From Octopus sinensis (Eukaryota): 64,000 bases of DNA. The DNA lies in assembly GCF_006345805.1 (NCBI RefSeq), contig NC_043003.1:75454001-75518000 (forward strand), in the 5' to 3' direction. The notes below the pieces were generated by a model that was not told where the DNA came from, did no database searches, and worked only from the letters and a program-made list of their open reading frames with translations. A program made the translations under genes and the position numbers. Of the stretch, positions 54,600-64,000 are shown one piece after another; the stretch's first letter is position 1; each line of letters starts with the position of its first letter.

Positions 54600-55420
54600 T
54601 TTTACATACTTGTCTCTCTATTTTTCCTTACCTACTAAAAAAAGTTGTTTGGTTTAATTTCTCTTATTTTCCCACTCCTACATCTCCCCTCGAAATCTTA
54701 CGAGTACAAACGCCAACATACTAATTCATACTGTACAAACACTCATGGCACACAATGTAACTGCCGCCGCCATTCTTATTTATCATTTCTTGCTTTCTTC
54801 CTGCATATATATTTTTTTCTCCTCCTTAACCAAAAACTTTTTTACACTCTCTTCCGTTCACATTATCTTTTTCTAATGCCACTTCCCTTGCTAATTTCTG
54901 TTTTTCGGCCAGAACATCCTTATTCAGTAGCACCGGTCATTAAATTCTTCATTATATCTTGCTTTCTTCATGCACACTCTTTTTCTAATCCTTAGTCAAA
55001 AATATCTCCCCACCATCTTCCGTCCATAGTATCTTCGTTTCAAATACCACTCCCCTTGCTAATTTCTGTGATTCAGCCAAAACAGCCCTATGGAATACTA
55101 CCTGTCAAATGGCCTTATTTAAATTCCTCACTTCTCTCAATCCCTTATATATCCTCTTTTTCTTTCTTTTATTGCTTAATTTTTCTCTACACTCATATTC
55201 ACCTCCCCTACTGTGCATTCTGCTCATTCTGACTGAATCTTCAATGCGTTAACAGGGACTTCGTTGCAGCAATGTAAACTTTCATTTAATCAAGATATCC
55301 TCGACTTGAAGAGTAGCCTACAGTGTACACCTTTCCTGGATATTTACCACATCTGAGATGCCGCTCGCCATGAAACATTTGTCTCTCTGGTCTTATCTTC
55401 TCAATTAACATGTATATAAA
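54600..55420 (+). mobile_element. Further decayed PLE-like segment
   Basis: KKVVWFNF and QCNCRRHS motifs like the PLE linker/pre-EN region; a ~55-bp imperfect direct repeat (about 54879 and 55047). Confidence 0.4.
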
Positions 55421-55438
55421 TATATATATATATAAAGA

Positions 55439-55474
<36 letters not shown>

Positions 55475-55875
55475 AACGACGGGATTCGTTCAGTCTCCCT
55501 CTACCAAATGCACTCACAAAGACACGTGCCAGCGTTGGGGCTGAACTTGGAACCATATGGTTGGGAAGCAAGCTTAATTATTTTATGAAATTGGCCGTGA
55601 AAGCCGTACATAGAGGGAACAGCACAGGGTAAGGACAAAAATAAAACAAAATGAATGGAAAGGATGAATTGATATAATGAAAGATGAAATGAAGCCGTTT
55701 GGCGCTACCCGCGAGCGACTTCATTAAACCTGTTAATACAACTTTTAAAAAAAACTAGTTTACAATGCTTTTTTAACGACAGCTAATTACTATCTTATGT
55801 ATGTATGTACGTACGTACGTATGTATGTATGTATGTATGTATGTATGTATGTATGTACGTATGTATGTATGTATG

Positions 55876-55909
<34 letters not shown>

Positions 55910-56099
55910 TTAATGTATATCACTGTCTCTTTACTTCTTCTGGAAGTACCTCTTATGTACCGCTTCTCTACTGAAGAGTTTCTATCCTCTTTTATGCATT
56001 CACTAATCGATCTGCATGCTATTATTCTATAGTTTACTATCTGAAGGATCTAGCAACTAATATCATATTTTACTTCAGACACTCTTTAATCCCTCAATG

Positions 56100-56250
56100 G
56101 ATTAACGATATTTCTTATTTCTCTCACACTCACTCTCTCTCCCCTCTCTCTCCCCTTCTCCTCCTCTCCACCCTTTCTCCCCTTCCCCTTTCTCCCCTTC
56201 CCCTCTCTCCCCTTCTTTCCCTCATCACCCTTCCCCTCTCTCTCTCTCCG
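56100..56250. repeat. Polypyrimidine/polypurine (CT-rich) low-complexity tract
   Basis: Directly visible; explains the K/G/R/E-rich ORF at 56086-56304. Confidence 0.9.
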
Positions 56251-57494
56251 ATGTCGGAATTCTTTGCTAAAGTGGAAATCTATATTTAATAATATAATTT
56301 CCAAATGCTTAGTTCTTCTAGAAACACATGTAAAAGACTTTACGAATTTGCTATAACTATTTCATAATACTTTTAACTTATAAATGTAATGCTCTAAAGA
56401 CATACTTATGCTTTGCTTGTTCATTCTCAGTTTTTAATATCTATTTACTCAGTCAAGAACGAACCACTGCTAGCGATGCACTTCAAAGCAGAATATTATT
56501 GGTAAACCGAATTGAATAGTTATAGTGTGTGCCTATTAATTTACTTCCTCGGAAGTAAAGAATATGTTTGCGTATGTGCGTGCGTGCGCGTGTGTCTGTC
56601 TGTTTCTGCGTGCGTATATGTATGTGTGCATGTATGTGTGTGTCTGTGTGTGTATGTGTGTCTGTGTATGTACATACATGTGAATATTTGAGTATACATG
56701 CTTACACGTACAATCGACCTTAGTAATACGTGATAGGTAACTTATTTTATCGATTGAGACAAAAAAATATTGAAGTGTTGGTCACGCCGGACTTAGAACT
56801 GAAGATAATAATTCGTTCCCATATTTAACTCTCATATCGATAACAATGATGATTACTTACAGACAAAATAATACAGATTTGGTGAGGAAGAACTGACAAT
56901 TAAATCTGCCTTATTATATTAATTTATTAGCGACTAAGGAACTATGAAAAAACAAGTGATTCCACTGGAATCGCAATATTTGAAAATCTAAAGATGCTTA
57001 CCATTGATAAGCTGTAAAACATTTTCTCCAGCGCTCCGCCAAATTTATTAATTGACTGCTCTTGATGTTAATAAAATCGGCCATCAATAATGTAATAACC
57101 TTACATAAAATACTATTCCACTATGAAAACAAAGAAATGCATTAAATCATTGCACATACTCCAAGAACAGAAATATATGCTCGATTGTGCAATGAAATCA
57201 TGCTTTAAAATCAGATTACTCAAATAATTATAGTAATATAAGAATAACTAATAAAAAAACGATAGTAATTTTAATACTGATAATAATAATATGGGCAATG
57301 TTTTTTTTTATTATTTTCAGCAAAAACATAAAATATAGTTTAAGAAGGCCGCATCTTGATATATTAGGCTAATACCTAAACTTCAGTTGAATACTAAATC
57401 AAAGTAATAATAATGAATAATGTTCATGTAATAATTTATAGTTATAAGATTTTTTCACGTGTAAGATAACCGAATTACTATGGGGAAAACAAAA

Positions 57495-57720
57495 GAAAAA
57501 TTAATATTTTCTACACTAGGTAAAAGGCCCGAAATTATGGGGGAGCGGGGCCAGTCGATCAGATCAACTGTAGTATGCAAATGATACTTAAGTTATCGAC
57601 CCCGAAAGGATGAAAGGCAAAGTCGACCTCGGCGGAATTTGAAATCAGAACGTAAAGACAGACAAAATACCGCTAAACATTTCGCCCGGCGTGCTTAACG
57701 TTTCTGCCAGCTCGCCGCCT
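57495..57720 (-). mobile_element. tRNA-derived SINE
   Basis: TATCGACCCCGAAAGGATGAAAGGCAAAGTCGACCTCGGCGGAATT is identical to the 54.3 kb copy; the head GGCGGCGAGCTGGCAGAAACG is intact on minus. Confidence 0.9.
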
Positions 57721-58236
57721 TCAAGGGAAAAAAATAATAGCATTTATACCACACTGACGCGAAAACATATTTAACATGGATAAATGGAAGTATGGTATTT
57801 GTTCAAGTTGAAAGATATTATCTACAATGGTGTGATGGGGCATAGTCGTCGCATACACGGTAGCATGTAGCATGCTTTGACCAACGATTTTATATGTTCA
57901 TATATATTCGTGGACTTGCTCAACTAAATAAACGTATAAAACCCTCTCAACCTTCCTAAACTTGAGGCAGAACATCCCATACAAGGGATGTAGCATAGGA
58001 TGCACAGCCATAGTAATTCATAATTTTTTTATCGATCTCTAAACAATTAAATACAAATTAGACATAGATGGAATTTTAATATGTAGTGGGACAAAACATC
58101 ACTATATATTCCGTGCAACTTTCAATCAATTGGGCCAACGAACCACAATTTATCTATGATAATTTCACAAAAACTTGAAGCAGACCCTAAGCGTTGTGAG
58201 TATGTGTTTACGCGTGTGTGTGCATGCGTGTGTGTA

Positions 58237-58268
<32 letters not shown>

Positions 58269-59259
58269 TGTGTGTGTGTGTGTGCGTGCGCGCGAGTGTG
58301 TGCACGTGTTTGCATTTGTATTATCTCGAAACGTGTGTACATTGTGCATTCTGGTCGTGAATACTTTTGTCATGAAAGTGTATGCCTCTGTGATCGTTTA
58401 TCATGAACGTGCGATTCGCGTGGCCTTTTCTTCCTTCTCTTCTTTGATTAGATTCAATTTCTTACGGAGTCTCTTAGGGAATTTTTTCTTCTATTGTGAA
58501 AATGATGCATTGTCATTTACGTCAACGAGGAAATATTGAATTCTCTTCTGCGAGCAGGAAATCTGTATTTTTGTTTTGATTTTGTTTAAAACATTGGTGC
58601 CTTGTTCAACTGGTTTTTGACAGATGCCAACGATGGAAACTCTCTTTGTGGTCGTGATTTAAGCTATAATCTGTAGTCAGTTGATTCTCACTCTAATCTC
58701 GTATTCCTAATTAAGAAATTGAAATTAATTTCGTCGACAATATGATCCTACATATTGATAAGCCTAAAAGGAGTACTGGCTGTTCGTGGCTGGAACATCT
58801 TTAACATTATCCATGCAAATCCGAGATTTATCGGGTGTTGATCAGCAACTACTTAAGTAATCTGTTTGTTTAATCTATCACAGTGTATTTTTGTAATATA
58901 AGTGGATGTCACATGCATATGAATTTCTTTTCAGTGTTATTGCTATGAAATATAGTTAGGTTATATAGGCTCATGTAGGTATGTATATTGAGTACTGATT
59001 TTTGCATTCTAGCAATGCTGCTGCTGCACACATTGTAGAAAAGATCTAGCAGCGTAAGCAATCAACTGGTAGGGAATAATTCACGCATTAATATGCGTCA
59101 ATCATTAGTTATAGATGATTTTTACTACACTTTTTTATTCTATAATTATAATGGCTCTTGCCCTGTCCTTTGTTAATTACCTAGCTGTATAACATCTCCA
59201 TGTCGGAAACAGACACAACCTTAACGGCAATAATTCGAAGCGTCGGCAGCAGGGCGTGG

Positions 59260-59500
59260 ATTTAGTTATCCGCAGGACCTAGCAGATCAGATTCCTCGCT
59301 TTGAACTAGCAGGATAGCATACAGAGGATCTTGAATACAAGACAATGTATGAGACCCTAATATTCCTAGTTCGATGGGAACTGCGGGACCACATACAGCA
59401 GAAATCTGTGACTCCCATAGTGTGCGCAACCGAAACCCCAATATGGGGCGCCCTATGGGACGACCTAGATGAGTTGATGAGATAACTCCATCAAATATTG
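59260..59500 (+). mobile_element. Possible RTE-type LINE 3' end remnant
   Basis: GC-richer island; PNMGRPMGRPR*VDEI resembles the RTE C-terminal GRP..RW.D motif. Only one motif. Confidence 0.3.
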
Positions 59501-59680
59501 AAAATTTTAATAAATGATCCATTATTAGCTTTTGTTCGAGACTACATCTATACTATAATGGAGAAAGCTGCTTATTAATTTGGTATGTAACAATTACTAA
59601 AAGTGCTAAAAGAAAGCAATTATTTTTATAAATTCATGTTCTTAGAAATTTTCCAAGTTTATTGAAGTTTACTCCAGTTT

Positions 59681-59737
59681 CACACAAATTGAAGTTTACT
59701 CCAGTTTCACACAAATTTAAATATTCATTGCATTCAG
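59681..59737. repeat. 27-bp perfect tandem duplication
   Basis: ATTGAAGTTTACTCCAGTTTCACACAA occurs twice in tandem. Confidence 0.95.
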
Positions 59738-60399
59738 TGCGGAGTATTCCATTTTCCATTGCAAGTTTCTCACTTTCTCTTTTAAGTTTTAATTTACTAT
59801 TTGGAAAACAGACAGTCTATTCTACTAATGTTTACGTAATGTAAAAACATTATTTATTGAATGAAAAGTTTTTTAAATAAACGTATATTTTTTTAAATCG
59901 GGATAGCTATGAGAAGAGCCTAGAAAGTTGGGTAATTACAATTAGAAGACGAGGAGAAAAAAGTTATCGACGAGTACTCGAAACTTGCATCTTATTCACA
60001 GTTTCCAAACGCTTTGTACCACTAAGCCAATATTTATACAAACAAGTTGTATGAGTGACTTCAACAGTGACACACACACATACCTATACACACTTGCGCA
60101 CACGCGTAGATACATATACGCACAAATAATAGGCAATGAATGTGTGTGTGTGTTTGTGTGTGTATACTTTTCACTGACAAATTTCGTGCTGCATTACTTT
60201 TGTTAAGTTTTGTCAGTGAACATGTCGCGGTTTCAAAGTGACGAACATATTTTGACACAAAGGAAATTTTAATGTTGAAATGAGCTAACGGTTTTTATGT
60301 GTTCTTGAATGGCTTGCACACGATCTCAGATCAATTCATTTGCTATGCAAGTACATCTCCGTTTTTGTTTTTTTAACTCACTGTGGATAAATGCCAGCA

Positions 60400-61140
60400 A
60401 CGACTTCAGGCACTCCAATAATTTAATTTCTTAACAGAGTCCATTGGGAGCAGAGAGTAGGGTTTCAAAACTTTCACAATTTCTCAAATTTTCTTTATTA
60501 TAGGATATAAATGTATTAATGGGGAAAAGTTTGAAAAATATCAAATCATGCTGGAATGATAAAGAAACGATGTGGGTTATCTTTGGATGTGTTAGAAACA
60601 ACTACCAAATCGCCCTTAAATCACTCATATTTCCCTCTAAAATGTCACATTTTTAATACTTTTTTTTACCGAAAATGTTCTTCCCGTGGTTTTGAAGTTC
60701 AAAAAAGATAGGCCAAAATAGGTCCGGAATAGGATGATGAGGGTGGTGGTGTAAAAAACAGTTTTCAAAACTTATTTTATACAAAGACACCGCTAACCCC
60801 GTCATTTGGAAGGGTGTGGTTTAAAAAAGTGCGGAAAATCCCCTAAACAATTCCCCCACAAATTCCTTTATAATCGCATTATATGCTGTTTGAAAGAGAT
60901 TTGTATAAATTTTTATTAAAAGATACTTATCTTCCTAAAAGTTATGAGGATTAAAATTCAGAGCGTGTGAATTTCTGAAACTCCTCTTTCCACCACCTTT
61001 GAAAAACTCTTTCCCATAAGTCCCTATATATTCTAAAACCACAACATCTAAGCTGTTATTTTGGAAAAATTTGTCGAAATGTATCCATTTGTCTGGATGA
61101 TATGTCGCAACAAATTCGGAGGCCTATACATCTGTATAGC
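60400..61140 (-). mobile_element. Unclassified repeat, possibly a non-autonomous Helitron-like element
   Basis: Right end (AAATTTGTCGAAATGTATCCATTTGTCTGG...CATTTTATTTTATATGAT) has the style of reverse-complemented non-autonomous Helitron 5' ends; no 3' hairpin/CTAG found. Confidence 0.3.
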
Positions 61141-63339
61141 ATTTTATTTATATGATATTTGCATTCCATGTTTATTTCATTCATTGTGTACTATGCTCTC
61201 TCTCCCCTTCGTTCGCTAACACACACAAACACACTGCAAAGCTTATAGATAAGCTGCTGAACTGAAATCTCTATGTTGCTTTGAGGAGAATGTAAAACTT
61301 TACAAACTGCTTCTCCGTCTGTTGTTGGACTTCGGTGATGTTTGTTTAAAAAAGAGAGATTATGAGCGTGATAAAATAATGAATGCAATATTTACTACGC
61401 AAGTGAGTACTATTATACAAAGAAATAATTAGATGTAAAGTATTAAAATTATTAGAATTAGGAATCAAATACGAACATTTTATCAAGGGGCTAGCAGAAA
61501 ACCGCCCGGAGGTCGGTCTTTCTGCTAGCTTTCATAATTTACTTTCCAACAAATATAAGCAGTTGTTAAATTTATCAGATTACAGATAATAACTTGCATC
61601 TTATCCGTTGTTGAGTTTTATATTGTTTCTTGTACCATATTTTTCAGTTAGTTTCAAGAAAACTTTTCGAATTGTCAATTTTATCAATTCTCTTGATATG
61701 TATTGTGTTATGATTTAAATACAACCGATTAGAATATATTTTCTGCCATACTTAAGATGTTCTACGGTTAATACAGAACATTTCGTTTATGTTTACTTAT
61801 ATACAAGACGCTACAAAGAAGAACCGATCTATAATTGTTTCTATCAATACGTAGTATAGCTATATCATGAAAGTAACGCTATTTTCCTCTTTTCTTCCAG
61901 TCACCTACAATCCAGAACTACCTGCATGGTGTTGAATGAAGGTAATAGATATTTCAAGCTTCGTATCATCTGGGAGCAGATATTTCAATGCTTTTACAGA
62001 TTCCGAATTCCGCAACATATCATCTATGATTGTTATTTGAATCATATACTTTCCCCCGTTTTCTTGTAGTTCCAACGTTTTCAAATTCTGAGATTCGTGT
62101 TGTCATACGTAATCTTCGAGGATATTGAATAAATTCCGTCAGATTTTCATGCAATGAAAGTTAGATCCTTTCATTCATAACCATTTTATTTGGGAAGCAC
62201 TAAACAAAACGATAGATTTGATACCACTAAATATCTTTGTTACAAGTATAAGGCTATTTACTATTACCGATATTTTCGTATACCCATTATAACTTCACCA
62301 AATGAAAAGATGTGAAAACTATTTAAACATAAACATCTTTTTTTAAGTCGTATTTAAGTAAAAGTTTCTTGACAGATTTCGTTCAGCAATGAATCACAGT
62401 CAATTCCTTTTCATATATTTATGTCAAGTCTAATTTTGTTTTTAATGGTGATAATATGGTTTTCTACTGTGTCTATATAAGCACATAATAATCTTTGCAG
62501 TCAGAATAGTTAACCATTCCCTTTCACTGAAATAACTGTTACTTTAACTGATGCATGTAAAACAAATACAAGCAGCATGTAAATACACACACATTGCACT
62601 AGACAAAAAGCATAACTTTAGCATTCATTCTCTCAGATTCAGTGCTCCTGTCTTCAAACAGGTTGAGTTTTGGTTATCTAGTGAGCTAGATCCGTTAACA
62701 TCACACATTCCTATTTCCTTCAATTCGACTGAGCATGTGTTTATACGTGGCTCAGGAAACGTAAGAAACACGCATCACAACAAAGCATAAACAAAGCATC
62801 GGCAGCAACTTTACACATTATAATCAAATCACATATTAATCATTTTGATTTCCCCAATGCACCTTCTCCTTCGTTCTTTCCATCTTCAATTAACCGTGAT
62901 TATCTGCAAAGTAGAAGTACTACGGGAAAATGAAACTGTTAGTTAGAATCCACACTAATTGTGTTTGGATAATGAAGATCAATTCTATTAGATGCAGATG
63001 TGTCATATTCTACGATGTATAATGACATTCATTTAGATCTCAATTTATTTGAGAATTTGATAACGGCTTGTATTATGTGATTGTGGTCGAATTCCCAATT
63101 GCATTAACACAGTACGTTGGCCTACTCTGCCAGGAAAGGATATTTCATTATACTACATTAACGGAATTTTATATAATACACACTCACACAAAATTATATA
63201 GAGAAACATACACATTAACAAGCTTATATATGTATACGTATATACATATTAATATATAAGTATAAACATATTTTTATATACATAAGAATGTTATTTATTA
63301 TATTTATATGCATGTGCTTATGTGTGTGCGTGTGGTGGG

Positions 63340-63900
63340 GTTATATGTATGGACGTTCGTGGATCTATGTAAACAAGTATGCAAACAGGTCGCTCCTAAC
63401 GCACCGCCGATTTACAGATGACGTCGCACACATCGCCGAAAACCCAGATAGGCTACAAACCAATAGCAGAGCAGTCGGCGTTAAAATAAAGAACCTGAAA
63501 AAAAATTACCTGCGGTCCAAAGACATGACGCAAGGCTGAATACAGGTGAAAGTTCATGTTTTCGAGGAGGTTAATTGATACGTTATTGGGGGCACAAAGC
63601 ATATATATATGTCGGGATATGAACTCTGAAATCTTGAAGAGAACAAGAACAGAATAGAAGGAGGATACATCTATAAATGGTATGCTCGAAGTAAAATAGT
63701 AAAAGATCCTACGTACTAGTGCCGTCATTACGAATAAAACCTCTAGCTTTATATGCAACTGATACGTGGGCTACAAGGAGAAGGGAGGAATATTTATTGC
63801 CTGTGAGGCAAGCTAAAAATATCATTGCGGGAGCGCATCTGAAATGTGTTGGACTCGAGGATGAAGTGTGATTAACTACCTCATCATCATAGAATAACGA
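63340..63900 (+). mobile_element. Degenerate RTE-clade LINE RT fragment
   Basis: LLTHRRFTDDVAHIAENPDRLQ..VGVKI (FADD-type motif at 63411-63422), EEVN*YV, MNSEILKR, YATDTWAT. Confidence 0.75.
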
Positions 63901-64000
63901 AAGACCATGTTTCACTGAACCTGGAATCTCGCAAGCTCCATAGACAACTGGAGGACGTGTCCAGTCTCAGTGTGTATGCAAGTGATAAGAAAAAGCTACT

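Overview
AT-rich, microsatellite-saturated animal DNA. The SINE families and the (TA)n/(CA)n/(TAGA)n/(AAT)n load suggest an octopus or other cephalopod, but this is pattern recognition, not a search result. No host gene, intact ORF, rRNA, true tRNA or CRISPR array can be supported, and most tracked ORFs are translated microsatellites. The window is mainly decayed transposons: at least seven Penelope-like (PLE) RT/GIY-YIG fragments, an R4/Dong-type LINE, RTE and CR1/L2 LINE ends, two mariner derivatives, an internally deleted Helitron with both ends, several MITEs and about 15 tRNA-type SINE copies. The most interesting observations are: (1) a tRNA-headed SINE whose tail carries a minimal type I hammerhead-ribozyme relic; (2) further hammerhead relics at PLE 3' ends; (3) blocks with a RIP-like TpA-rich, CpA/TpG-poor composition; (4) inversion/snap-back footprints in a PLE and a SINE; (5) a perfect 184-bp-arm palindrome. 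A few unassigned exon-like islands are flagged at low confidence. Element boundaries are approximate unless a TSD or TIR is quoted.
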